DNA from: an uncultured bacterium
Lineage (GTDB): Bacteria > Babelota > Babeliae > Babelales > Vermiphilaceae
Direction: 5' to 3'
Length of the DNA stretch: 64,000 bases
NCBI GenBank assembly: GCA_963727255.1
Contig: CAVSFC010000002.1
Coordinates: 640,001 to 704,000, forward strand
The position numbers and the translations under genes are program-made. Below the pieces are notes generated by a model that saw only the letters and a list, made by a program, of their open reading frames with translations, ran no database searches and had not been told where the DNA came from. Position 1 is the stretch's first letter; every line of letters starts with the position of its first letter. Shown piece after piece: positions 1-10,597 of this stretch.

Positions 1-186
1 TAAATATCCATTATAAGATGAGGTATGTTTGGATGAACTATTATAGTTTGATTATAGCTTCAAAAGCTGCTTTGTAAAGAAATAGATCTAATGATTTGTT
101 TCAATCTGAATATTTATTCGTCGAAAGCAGAAGACCCCCGAATTTGAAACTGGGAATGAATGGCGTGAGAATATCCAACTTCAAAT

Positions 187-972
187 CTATACAAAATCTA
201 AGCGTTTTTTTAGTTTAGAAATTCCAAAATACATGCAAATTACAGAAAATGCCGTGATTGCCAGTAAGCACAGCCAAAAATTGATATAGCTTGCTTGCCC
301 AAGAATGGATACACGTACTGCTTCAGTAATATATATCATCGGATTGATCAAATTAAGAATCGCAAACCAAGGAAGCGCTTTATAAAATGAGAGCCAAGAA
401 AATTGAAATCCGCCCAGAAACCACATTGGGAAGATAAATCGTGCCCAAACCATGCCTAATTTTTGCATGTTTGCGACGATACTTGCAACGAGCAATACAA
501 AACAGGCATAAAAAGCGCTTTGAAAAATCACGGCTACAATAAATTTGAAATATGAAATCTCATAAAGATTCAATTGGTTCCACAAACAGAGTTTGCCAAT
601 CGGGAGCATAAGAATAGCCAAGATGCAGTAGATAATAAAATAATAGACCGCTTTGCTGGCAATCGCTAACCATGATGGTATTGGCAATGTGAGCGTATAG
701 CTTATCACGCGATCACCTTCAAAATCAGAAACTAAATCAACTACATTTGCATACAGTTCAAAAAGCCCTGCCGCAGCGATAACGCCTGCCAACTGGAAAA
801 CCCCAAAATCTACCGATAACCCAAAAAAGGGCATAATATAGGCTGTTACAACTACGGTTAATATCACCCAAATTGCTAAATCGATAAATTTGTTTAAAAA
901 CGTTTGCTTAAAAATAATGAGATCTGTGTGAATAAGATTCTTGCAAACATTCCAATAAAATATTGTATTCAT
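187..972 (-). CDS. ABC-2 type exporter permease (DrrB-like)
   Basis: About 6 hydrophobic segments, 'INPMIYITEAVR' ABC-2 signature, directly downstream of an ABC ATPase. Confidence 0.85.
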   Translation of the reverse strand: MNTIFYWNVCKNLIHTDLIIFKQTFLNKFIDLAIWVILTVVVTAYIMPFFGLSVDFGVFQLAGVIAAAGLFELYANVVDLVSDFEGDRVISYTLTLPIPSWLAIASKAVYYFIIYCILAILMLPIGKLCLWNQLNLYEISYFKFIVAVIFQSAFYACFVLLVASIVANMQKLGMVWARFIFPMWFLGGFQFSWLSFYKALPWFAILNLINPMIYITEAVRVSILGQASYINFWLCLLAITAFSVICMYFGISKLKKRLDFV

Positions 973-979
973 AAAACAC

Positions 980-1729
980 CTATTCTTGATTTGCTTTTAA
1001 AAGCTCTATAAAGACATCTTCAAGATTTTTTTGTTTGAAATCTGCCATGAGCTTATCGGGAGTATCAATGAGCTTAATAAGACCTTTATCGAGAATGCAC
1101 ACTCGATCAGAAAGCTTTTCTGCTTCATCCAGATAATGGGTGGTCAGCAAGACGGTAATCCCATCATTTTTGAGCTCTTTAATCATTGTCCATAAATTTC
1201 TACGAATGTGCGGATCAAGGCCCACGGTTGGCTCATCTAAAATGATAAATTCTGGTTGATGAATTAAACTGCGCGCTATCATAAACCGTTGCTTATACCC
1301 GCCGGATAAAATTTCCGCTTTTTCTTGCAGATAATCTTGCAAGCCGAATCGCTTTGCAAGTATGGCAATACGCTCTTTGATCGCATCTTCAGGGACCCCA
1401 TAAAATCTTCCGGCAAAGATAAGATTTTGTTCCAGCGTGAGATAGGGATTTAAATTAGGCTTTTGCGGGCAATATCCTAAACGCATCCGGAATGAGGGAA
1501 GATCATTATAAATAGAAGCCCCGTTATAAGTAATATCCCCGCTGGAAGCAGGATGCAACGTAGCAATAATAGAAGATAAGGTTGATTTGCCGGCGCCGTT
1601 GACGCCAAGCAACCCTAAAACTTCACCTTTATAGATATCCAGAGACACGCCCTTGAGCGCTTCAATGGTTTTTTCTTTGGTAGTATAGGTTTTTTTAATA
1701 TTTTTTATGCTGAGCAAAGGGATGGCCAT
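980..1729 (-). CDS. ABC exporter ATP-binding protein (DrrA-like)
   Basis: Walker A GVNGAGKS, LSGG signature, Walker B ILDEPT, TTHY; ATG at 1729 has GGAG upstream. Confidence 0.92.
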   Translation of the reverse strand: MAIPLLSIKNIKKTYTTKEKTIEALKGVSLDIYKGEVLGLLGVNGAGKSTLSSIIATLHPASSGDITYNGASIYNDLPSFRMRLGYCPQKPNLNPYLTLEQNLIFAGRFYGVPEDAIKERIAILAKRFGLQDYLQEKAEILSGGYKQRFMIARSLIHQPEFIILDEPTVGLDPHIRRNLWTMIKELKNDGITVLLTTHYLDEAEKLSDRVCILDKGLIKLIDTPDKLMADFKQKNLEDVFIELLKANQE

Positions 1730-1917
1730 GATAGGTCTCCGATGAGAATAGAAGAAGCAAAAAATGAACAAAATTAAGACTTTTAGCCATCATTCAGAGA
1801 ATGAACGGCAAAAAAGCGGCGAGCGCCTGGGTTAAAAGAAGCTGTGCTGGGCCAGCTAATTGAGGAGAGCAATTTCCATAATACGATGCCTTGAGCTAAA
1901 GGATTGGCTGTTTCTTA

Positions 1918-1946
1918 ATTATAAAAGGCCAGAAAGAGCGAGTCAA
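1918..1946 (-). promoter_or_regulatory. sigma70-type promoter of the ABC exporter operon
   Basis: Minus strand TTGACT-17 nt-TATAAT. Confidence 0.75.
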
Positions 1947-1966
1947 GAGAGATTTTGGATGAAAAT

Positions 1967-3592
1967 TCAAAACAGCATTCTCAAAAATATCCATAAAGAA
2001 TTGGTCGCATAGACCCCGGACCAAAATGGATAATGCTCTTCTTTATTTTTAACTAAATAGGTCGATAATCCGCCTGCAACGAGCATGAGAGAAGTATCGA
2101 GCCCCATGAGTAGGCCGCCAAATACAAGGGTTGCATTAATGCCTACGAATTTGAGGCTATAGCCAAACAAAAAGCCTAACAGCATTACGATATAATCAAA
2201 ATTAAATGCCTGAATTAGAACAGCTCTACTTTGGGCTCGCGAGGCAATGAGTTCAGGGGAACCCAGTTCAAAATGTGAAATTAAAAGCCAGAAAATTGTG
2301 CCGATTGTAAGCGCGCTTATGAATAATCCAATCCATTGATAATGCATCATAGAAGTGCGCGAAAGGGAGCCAAGTTGGGCAACCTTTTGGCCAAATAGGA
2401 TATCAACTGCCACGATGCACGAAATTTCAACAAAAGCGGCCAGCAGGGTGATTTGAACTGCAGAAAAACCAAAAATTAAGAGCCCGGGGAGCATGACAAA
2501 GGTGGCAAACCTTCCTAATGGTGCGATGCCCAATTTGCCGGCGATTATAAGCAGTTGATAGGCGCAGATTACGGTAAAGCTTGTTAGATAGAGTTGTGCG
2601 GGAATTGAGAATCTAAAATAGGTAAGAAATGCTGCTGCGGGGATAAGTAGAGCGAAGCTTCGTTTTGAAAAACTAAAATTTTTCTCATTGTGAGTTTCGG
2701 ATGATTTGGATGTAAATAATGCGCAGAATTTTTTATACGTATCGCGTAAAATTTTAGGCAAATCTATGAGCCCCAATAAGGCACCTTGGATTGCCATTCC
2801 TGCGCCAAACGCCAATACATAATCGGTATGAGAAAGATGCAAAAAAAATAGTTCATGAAGCGGATCAACTAAAGCTAATTTTGTAATTACTGCAATTAAT
2901 AAGGGTATGGCAATTACATGCCCCGTAGTGAATCCGATCGCCCAAAACATGGGAAGCATATCGGTGCGCGCAGCCACATGGGGAATAGAAAAAATATTCC
3001 AGTTCAAAGTAGGCAGAAGGGTTAATCGGGCAGGAATAATGCCTAAAAAACTTTGTATTATGCTATAAACCACGGCTGTTGCGGCTCCTATGGCCAATTG
3101 GACTGCCTTGCCGAATTGATTTTGAATTGCAATCATATTATAGACCATTTGGCCGATAGGGAAGATCATAGATTCATCCGTAAGAAATCGATTTCTCCAA
3201 TGATGGGCGATGAGAAATCCAAAGCTTCCAGCTGCTAAAATCAATCCAGCTAAAATGGCTGAAAAGTAGAAAGGCTTTACCATCCATGCATTAAAAAGTT
3301 GCGGATCAAGAAAATAGAGCGTGGGAAAGGAGAATGCGCATGCCATTGCCACAGCGCCGCCAATACCACCAGCGGCTGTTGCAAAGGCAAGTGAGCGCAT
3401 TTGGGTAGCTAATGCTATTTGGTGGGCGCAGACTCTAAAAATAATAGTGCCAATAAGCACCAACGTCATTTCCATCCACGGCCCTATTGGCGTTGCCATA
3501 GCTACATAGCTGATCACGGCAGTCGCGATTAATGAAAATAAAATAGCGAGTAATGCCGGCAATATGCGAACGAGCGATTTTTTTATCTGCAT
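1967..3592 (-). CDS. OPT/YSL-like oligopeptide transporter
   Basis: 541-aa polytopic membrane protein with 'ATPIGPW', 'FSFPTLYF', 'FPIG' segments typical of OPT-like carriers. Confidence 0.65.
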   Translation of the reverse strand: MQIKKSLVRILPALLAILFSLIATAVISYVAMATPIGPWMEMTLVLIGTIIFRVCAHQIALATQMRSLAFATAAGGIGGAVAMACAFSFPTLYFLDPQLFNAWMVKPFYFSAILAGLILAAGSFGFLIAHHWRNRFLTDESMIFPIGQMVYNMIAIQNQFGKAVQLAIGAATAVVYSIIQSFLGIIPARLTLLPTLNWNIFSIPHVAARTDMLPMFWAIGFTTGHVIAIPLLIAVITKLALVDPLHELFFLHLSHTDYVLAFGAGMAIQGALLGLIDLPKILRDTYKKFCALFTSKSSETHNEKNFSFSKRSFALLIPAAAFLTYFRFSIPAQLYLTSFTVICAYQLLIIAGKLGIAPLGRFATFVMLPGLLIFGFSAVQITLLAAFVEISCIVAVDILFGQKVAQLGSLSRTSMMHYQWIGLFISALTIGTIFWLLISHFELGSPELIASRAQSRAVLIQAFNFDYIVMLLGFLFGYSLKFVGINATLVFGGLLMGLDTSLMLVAGGLSTYLVKNKEEHYPFWSGVYATNSLWIFLRMLF

Positions 3593-3730
3593 TAGGGAGT
3601 GCTTTTACTAAAAATTATAATTGGATAGTATAGCTAACCGTTAGAGTATTAACATGCGCAAAAAAAGAATATAACTCATTTTTCTTCTTGCTCATGAGTT
3701 ATAATCTCCATCAATAGTTGATTTGTTTTT

Positions 3731-4063
3731 TTAGCCTGAAACTGCAGTAGGCATTCGATTTAATGCATACAGTTCTTCGCATTTTAATCCAGTCTTTAAG
3801 CAGTCATTATTAATGCAACCAAATATTTCACAGGCAGGTATTGTGTTTACCAAAAATCTATCCATCATGTTCAACTTTTTTATTTCCTGAGTACACCGAG
3901 CAAGCTCTTGTTTGATACTCTGAAGCTTTTGTGAAGAGCGAGACGAATAATGCCTGTGTATCAAAACATTATTGGAATACTTCACTCTTTGCATAGCAAA
4001 GAAGGTATGGGGTGCAAGCAATGTTGCGAATAATAACAGAAAAGCTAATTTAGATGGTTTCAT
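3731..4063 (-). CDS. Secreted hypothetical protein (A|MQ type)
   Basis: Signal peptide ...TFFA|MQ, short coiled coil, 4-Cys cluster. Confidence 0.7.
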   Translation of the reverse strand: MKPSKLAFLLLFATLLAPHTFFAMQRVKYSNNVLIHRHYSSRSSQKLQSIKQELARCTQEIKKLNMMDRFLVNTIPACEIFGCINNDCLKTGLKCEELYALNRMPTAVSG

Positions 4064-4069
4064 TTTTTC

Positions 4070-4360
4070 TTATCTCTTTGGTTTTTTTGAAACATGTTTT
4101 TCTTCTGATGAAGAATCTTCTTCAGCTGATTGTGATAATGGTTCTTCGTCATCAGATTCTATATATAAAACAAGTTCCGGATTTTTTTTCTTACGTTCTT
4201 CGAACTCTGCAAACATTTTTCTAAGATCTTCCTCAGAAGTTATATGATAAGTTTTAGATGATTGGTTATCAGCATTTGGTTGATTATTCTTTTGCATTGC
4301 TGATAGAGCAACAGATGAAAATAGGATGTATAAACAGAATATAGTTAAATTAATTTTCAT
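4070..4360 (-). CDS. Secreted hypothetical protein, acidic tail and basic C-terminus
   Basis: Signal peptide ...ALSA|MQ; GAGG RBS; ends SKKPKR. Confidence 0.7.
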   Translation of the reverse strand: MKINLTIFCLYILFSSVALSAMQKNNQPNADNQSSKTYHITSEEDLRKMFAEFEERKKKNPELVLYIESDDEEPLSQSAEEDSSSEEKHVSKKPKR

Positions 4361-4366
4361 AATTCC

Positions 4367-5294
4367 TCACATAAAAAATGAGAGTGGGTTTACTTTTTTG
4401 CCATATGCCGAAACTTCAAAATGAAGATGCGAAGCATCCCGGCCTTTGCGTTTTCTCACATGCCCGGTTGATCCGACTTTGCCGATTACCATTCCTTGAT
4501 CAACTTTTTGACCGACGCTGACCAGCATCCTATCAAGATGCGCATACCGAGTTTTATATTTATTGTTATGAGAAATTAAGATCGTATTGCCATAGCCTGG
4601 ATCAGAATGCGCTTGAATCACGATACCATCAGCGGCAGCTAATACCGGAGTTCCCCGGCAGGCAGCCATATCAATACCATAATGGAATCCCCAGGAATGA
4701 TCAGTTTTTCTGCGGGGGCCAAAGAATGATGAGAGCCAGAATTCTGAGCGTTTGATAGGCCATGCAAAATCAAAATCCCTTGGAGCATTTAATACTGCAT
4801 CAGCATAGTGCATATTGAGTGGTACATTCGCGGTGCGGCGTGCGCGGCGCGTCCGTTTCTTCTTGCCTTGCGCAACTGCCGCTTTTTTCTTTATTTGATC
4901 GGTATAATCAAGCCATTCATTCGGATCAAGTTTCTTGAGAATGAAATCTAAATTTTGTTTGCGGCAATATTCTATGGTTGATTTCTTGAGATAATTGGGC
5001 TCGCGATTTACCACAATAAATGAATCTTTTGATTCACTTGTTTCTTGCACCGGCATAATCCGTATCTTCATCGGCCTGTTCTTTCATCGCATTATATTCA
5101 TTAAGAATTTTTTTTACGGCGATGGTATACGCTCGATATTCTTCTTTGAGCTCAAGCATTTTTTGCGCTTGATCATGGAAGAACCGGTATTCAATAATTA
5201 AAAGAGTGGTAAGGCCAAGCATGGCCAAAAGCACGCATCCAATTATAATTTTCCCGAGATGTTTTGTATGATACTTAATGGGTGCACTCCGCAA
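4367..5294 (-). CDS. M23 family peptidoglycan peptidase with N-terminal TM and coiled coil; one frameshift near 5055
   Basis: HYGID, YAHL and HLHFEV motifs in 4367..5071; TM and coiled coil in overlapping ORF 5034..5294. Confidence 0.8.
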
Positions 5295-5316
5295 TTATTT
5301 GATAACCATTACTATT

Positions 5317-6132
5317 CTAGAGAATCGCGCACGGATTCGATTCTCGGGCAGCGTCATAAATTTCGCGTGTAATATTTTCCAGATCTACGCTTTCTGATGC
5401 CAACCTTTCTTCAACGTCAGTCTTGGAACGATTTAGGGCTTTAACAGTGAGGCCTAAGATAAGGCCGGTTCTTGCAAGTTGTTCAACTTTGGCATAATTT
5501 TTTTCATCGTGGATTACTGGATTATTTTCATTAAACTCTAAAAATGTAATGAGGGATCCCTTTCCATCAGTTTCGGGAAATTTAATGCCTTGTTCAGCAA
5601 GCAATTTCTGTATATGTTCGCTTATAGTGTTATCAAGTGTTTCCGCAGGTAAGCTGTTTTTATACCATTTATGATATGCATCTACTACAGAAGAATTTTC
5701 AATTAGTTTTTTGATAAATGATTCTGATGACACAGGATTATCTGAATAATTTTTAGTTTCATCCTTCAAAAAAAAGTTTGTGGTATTGCGAATTTGATTA
5801 TAGGTTGCTTCAAAAGCTTTTTTTTGTTGAGAATCCGTTGAATGATTTTGAACCTCATCATAGAGTAGTAAAAATTCGGGCTGATGTTTTAAAAATCCTC
5901 CATCAATAATTTTATCAATCAATGCATGATTTTTACTTTGTTTTTTCTTATAAATGACCGCGCGCATGTATTCAAGCGATGCTCTGAGATTCCGATGTGC
6001 TGCTGGGCAGCTGCGAAGAAATAAGCGCTTTTGGGATAATTCACGAAATAAATCAGCTTTTGATTCCTCTTTCTCCATCGCAAAAGCAGGAACTATTATT
6101 GCAAATGAGAGAAAAAATAAATTATAACGCAT
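5317..6132 (-). CDS. Secreted hypothetical protein with C-terminal CaaX motif (CAIL)
   Basis: Signal peptide ...AFA|ME; last four residues CAIL. Confidence 0.8.
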   Translation of the reverse strand: MRYNLFFLSFAIIVPAFAMEKEESKADLFRELSQKRLFLRSCPAAHRNLRASLEYMRAVIYKKKQSKNHALIDKIIDGGFLKHQPEFLLLYDEVQNHSTDSQQKKAFEATYNQIRNTTNFFLKDETKNYSDNPVSSESFIKKLIENSSVVDAYHKWYKNSLPAETLDNTISEHIQKLLAEQGIKFPETDGKGSLITFLEFNENNPVIHDEKNYAKVEQLARTGLILGLTVKALNRSKTDVEERLASESVDLENITREIYDAARESNPCAIL

Positions 6133-6142
6133 AAAAAATCCT

Positions 6143-6787
6143 TCAAATTAATTCAATTTTTTCATCTTGCATCCAGCCCGTATAGCCTGACCAGCAAATT
6201 TTTGACCAATGATTTTTCTGCTCAAGGACCTTGACTCGGTTCCCTTTGGGAATTTTCGCAACCTCGTGGTAACCGATATCGGGCCCCGCGTACATCGTAC
6301 TCTCATCGTGCATGATCAATGCATAGGTATTGGTGCTATTCCGGTAAGATGCATAGGTCATTGCCGCAGCTCCCATGACCAGTATGCTCAAGCTCACCAG
6401 TAGAGTGAAGCGTTTTGCATTCCAAAGTTTGCGATTAAAGATCAAAAATACACTAAATGTGCAAAAAAATAAAATTTGCAGCGGCAGCGCGGGAATATTT
6501 GGCATCAGGGTATAAGATGATGGAGGAAGGTTTAACTTTTTTGATACAACGTCACAGTTATAGCCGCTATCATTACTTATTGTGCTGTTGCCGATTTTTT
6601 TTGCGCGCTGCCAATAGAGCAATGCCTGCAATTCATCCCCATTTTTATATGCGCAGTTTCCCAGATTATACCAAATCGCTGCAGTTTTTTTTGGAATTTT
6701 TTGATAGAGATGCTCTGCCCCTTTAAAATCTTTTTTTGCATAGCATTGATTTGCTTGTAAAAATAGTTCTTGCGCTGAAGTTTTCAT
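6143..6787 (-). CDS. batE: BatE-like TPR + TM + SH3b protein
   Basis: TPR (WYNLGNCAYK), two TM segments, SH3b (WSKI...GW); last gene of the bat cluster. Confidence 0.8.
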   Translation of the reverse strand: MKTSAQELFLQANQCYAKKDFKGAEHLYQKIPKKTAAIWYNLGNCAYKNGDELQALLYWQRAKKIGNSTISNDSGYNCDVVSKKLNLPPSSYTLMPNIPALPLQILFFCTFSVFLIFNRKLWNAKRFTLLVSLSILVMGAAAMTYASYRNSTNTYALIMHDESTMYAGPDIGYHEVAKIPKGNRVKVLEQKNHWSKICWSGYTGWMQDEKIELI

Positions 6788-8570
6788 GGGAGATTCCTTC
6801 GCGGTAATTTTTCAATAATATCTATCCAATACAATGCTTGTTCATAGAGATGCGAATAAAAATACGGGTCACTCGATTGTTTATAAAAGCCTGATTCTGC
6901 GATACGGCTATAAAAGAGTTTCCAATCTTGCACTGCTTGCATTGATAAGCCGGATGATCGTAATTTTTCTTCAATTATTTCCGGTGATAAAGCCGCCGCT
7001 TCAACCCCATAATGGGCTGCAAGCAAGTTCATAAAAATAGAATAAAAAGCGGCATAATTGCCACTGCTATGAGCATCCTTAATTTGTTTGCGCGCTTTAT
7101 TATACACAGAGATTTTTGCATTCCATTGCGCAACTGTTTTATACAACCATGCCTGATTGGTAGTGAGCAAAAGAAAGAGGAGCCACAGTATGGCCAGAAC
7201 AGATGTTACGAGCCAAAAAAATTGCCACGGGATCATATGTATCGGTTGCATTTCCCAAGGGCCACTCTGGGCAAGCGGTTTAATCTCCTCATGCTCTACT
7301 GAAATTGCTGTCGCAACTTCGGCATTTGATTGTTCTTCGATTTTTTTAGCCGATTGTGATGTGGAAGTTCCGGTGACATGAATGGTTAATTCATTAGTCT
7401 TGCGCGTTTTATAGGTGCGATCACGTGTATCAAAATAGGTTATTTCTTGCGCGGGAATTTGATAATCACCTGGTTGCAACGCTTGAACAATATACTCCAT
7501 AGTATGCACAGTATTTGCGTGATCAACTTTAGAGGGTTCATTCTGCTGCTTTGATTCATACCATTTTAAATGTTCTGGCAATCCGGCAAGAGGCATCATC
7601 TGCATGGACTCAAGATCTCCATCACCGGCAAGAGAAAGTGTGAGCACCATTCCTTCACCTACACGGGCATTGGCAGGTTCTATTTTTGCAGAAAATTGAG
7701 ATAGTGATCCAATGAGCGCTGGTTTTATCGAATGCTGGGGCAGTGGATCTATATTAAGACTAATTGTGTTAGAATACGTGCGTTTAAGATCATTATGAGG
7801 CAATAAGAATGCAAACATATGATTATTTGTTTGCGTATTATAATCGGCCGCATAGGCGGGAATCACGAGAGAGCCGGGTTTAGTCGGATAGATATCCCAG
7901 CTCCATTGTGCATATCGATGATCGGTACCATTTATTGTTTGGTTTCCTGTAATCGGCCCCATTTTATTTTTTATGGTAAAACTGGCAAAGTTGCTTTGAT
8001 CCGGTTCGATAAGTGTTTGCAAGCTCACACATTGATCGGCCGTATAAAAGGTAAGGGTGCAATGTGCCCGTTCGCCGACAGTAACTTTCTCTTTATTGCA
8101 GACTAGGCGTAAAAAACTTGCTTTAGATTTGCCATCATTGTTGCGCTTTGGTTCAACGTATTGTTGTTCATTGGTTACGGTTACGATTATCGGTTCAGAT
8201 TCCACTATGCCATGGTCCTCAGTGATTTGCGCCGGGCCTAGGGTATATGTGCCTGGTTCGTCAATACGTATCTGGTATGAATAGACGGTTGAGGTGGCGC
8301 CATTGACCATATTCATTTGAAAGCCACTACGCCGCACAGCATATTTTTCAACATTTTTTAACACGGGATACTGGGCAGTGTTATTCGCATTCTGAACACT
8401 CACATGCAGTAAGAATGGCTGCCCAACGCCTGCTGCTTTTAATGCAGCGTGATCCATGGTAGTTACTTTAAGGCTCACGGTGGCAGGAAAGAGTGAATGA
8501 AGAACTAAGTCCATCCGAAATCCTGAGGGATTGTAGATGTAATCGAAATTTTACCAACAATTGATGCCAT
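6784..8570 (-). CDS. batD: BatD family protein (probable start 8570, frameshift near 8510)
   Basis: Repeated Ig-like BatD segments (PGTYTLGPA, PGSLVIPA, PGDYQIPA), C-terminal TM, operon context. Confidence 0.8.
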
Positions 8571-9584
8571 TGCTGCCTCCACCCTGAGATCCTGCCATCG
8601 CCTTAATCATCTTTTTATTAAGCTGAGCATCTTTTTTTTCTCGTTCATTGAGTGCATGTTCCAAAGCAGCAGATAGTTTTTGCTGCCCGCCGCTTTTAGC
8701 ATCGGCTGGGGCACCGGCGGATTCTTGTTTTTGCCGATCTGTTGCTTTCTCTTTTCCTTTGAGCCTTGCTCATTTTTCTGCTGTGAGCTTTTATCTTGCT
8801 TCTCTTGTTCTTTTTTTTGTTTTTGGTTCATATCATTATTTTGTTTATCAGAATTCTCGTCTGGCTGTTTTTGAGTTACTCTGATTTTCTTGGTCATTTT
8901 TATCTTTTTTGTCCTTATCTTGCTGTTCTTGTTGATCATCTTTTTTATTTTGATCCTGTTGATTCTGCTGATCTTCTTTTTTTTCTTGCTCTTTCCTATC
9001 TTCTTCTTTATTTTCTTTCTCCTGCTCTTGTTTTTTTTTTTGTTTTTGTTGCTCAAGCATTTTTTTTACTACTTCTTTATTATGCTGAGCTTTTTCATGA
9101 TCAGGATTTAATGCGAGCACCTTATCATAGGCATCGATTGCTTCTTGAAGTTGTTTTAAGGAACATGGGCATTACCGGCATTAAAATATGCTTGTTCTTG
9201 TAATGCTTGTGGAGCATTAATCTCTTGTGCTGCTTTATTAAAATAGGTTAGAGCTTTATCAAATTCGCTATTTTTATAGGCGCTTACTCCTAAATCATAA
9301 AGAATATCCGGCCGATCGGGTTGCTCAGCTAAAACTTTTTTTAACTGTTGGGTGGAATCTTGCCAATTGCCTTTTTGGCTTTGCAGAATTGCACGATCAT
9401 AATCAAAAATGGCGTGAGTAAAAAAAGTTGTTTTTAATAAGATGACAATTATTAGAATCCGTTCGCTTCGAGTGAAGCGCCAGCCGAATCGAGAAGTTGT
9501 TTTTATTTCTAGCCTTGGGATAAATCCCTCGCGCGAAACGAACGGGGAAAAAGCATGTAACAAATATTTTTTTATGATATTCAT
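8551..9584 (-). CDS. batC: BatC-like TPR protein with Q/K/D/E-rich tail (frameshifted in assembly)
   Basis: TPRs (LYDLGVSAYK, YFNAGNA, LALNPDHEKAQHN), low-complexity tail, ends ...NCW*; ATGA overlap with batB. Confidence 0.75.
9459..9545. repeat. 87-bp palindromic (REP/RPE-like) element inside batC
   Basis: Arms CCGTTCGCTTCGAG... and ...CGCGAAACGAACGG match the repeat at 33928-33969/34311-34352. Confidence 0.75.
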
Positions 9585-10594
9585 ACCAACCATTCAATGG
9601 CTAAAAGAATAAAACTATTAATAAAAACCACGGATATTGTTCTTCGCGTTGCGCCATTGTGCGTTCTTCAATTTTTTCTTTTTCATGTTTTTGCACCAAT
9701 TGAACGAGTTGCTTTAAGATCATTGATTATCATTGGTTGCATGAAGATAGATTCCGCCAAGATCATGTGCCAGTGTTTGCAAAATTCCTTCATTGAGCTG
9801 TGAAATCACCACGCTTCCATTTTTATCTTTGAGATGCCCTGATTGTTTGCCAAATTGATCAAATAGAGGGAATTGGTGCCCCTTGTGCGGTTCCGATGCC
9901 GATAGTAAAAATAGTGAGCCCTTGTTGTTGGGCTTCTTGTTTAGAGTGATGCAAATTACTTGAAAAATCTTCACCATCAGTAAAAATAACTAGCAGTTTA
10001 TTTTTTTGCTGCCGCTTTGTTTAAATGCGTGTCAATGCTTGCGCGATTGCTTGATCAAGCGCGGTGGTGCCTGATGCAATAGTATCAACATCAATTTGAT
10101 TTAAATACATAAAAAATGCACTGCGATCACGCGTGAGTGGGCATTGCACAAAACTTGAACCTGAAAAAAGAATAAGTCCGATTCGTTCTGAAGGAAGGGC
10201 ATTAACCAATGTGCTAATTTTTGTTTTTGCAAATTCCAATCGATTGGGAGAGATATCTTGGGCAAGCATGCTGCGAGAAATATCAAGCGCAATAAAAAGA
10301 TCGCGGCCTTCTTGAATCACTGTTTCATCTTTATTATTCCAGCAGGGATGCAGCAGAGTGAGAAAGATAAAAAATAGTGCAGAGTGCCCAGAGAATGCTT
10401 TTGATAGTGATGCGCGTATATGAAGTGTGATGCAAAAATCGCATGCCCATCAACAGTTTTGCCCAAGATTCTGATCAGTTGATGACTGCGCAACCAGCGA
10501 TAGCAAGAATAACAAGCGCTATGCAGCAATAAAGTAATAAAATAGATACTATTTTCAGGCTGGTGCCCAAGTGATATCCAAACCAATTATTCAT
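9581..10594 (-). CDS. batB: BatB-like VWA domain protein (frameshifted in assembly)
   Basis: MIDAS DISRSM, 'NRLEFAK', 'CPLTRD', TDGED, spread over several frames. Confidence 0.8.
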
Positions 10595-10597
10595 ACT

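Noticed and set aside
5034..5071. Programmed frameshift in the M23 peptidase
   Set aside because: No slippery heptamer or stimulatory hairpin; a single-base insertion error is simpler.
8648..9203. Plus-strand Phe/Leu-rich 'membrane protein' ORFs
   Set aside because: Antisense shadows of the Q/K/E-rich low-complexity tail of batC.
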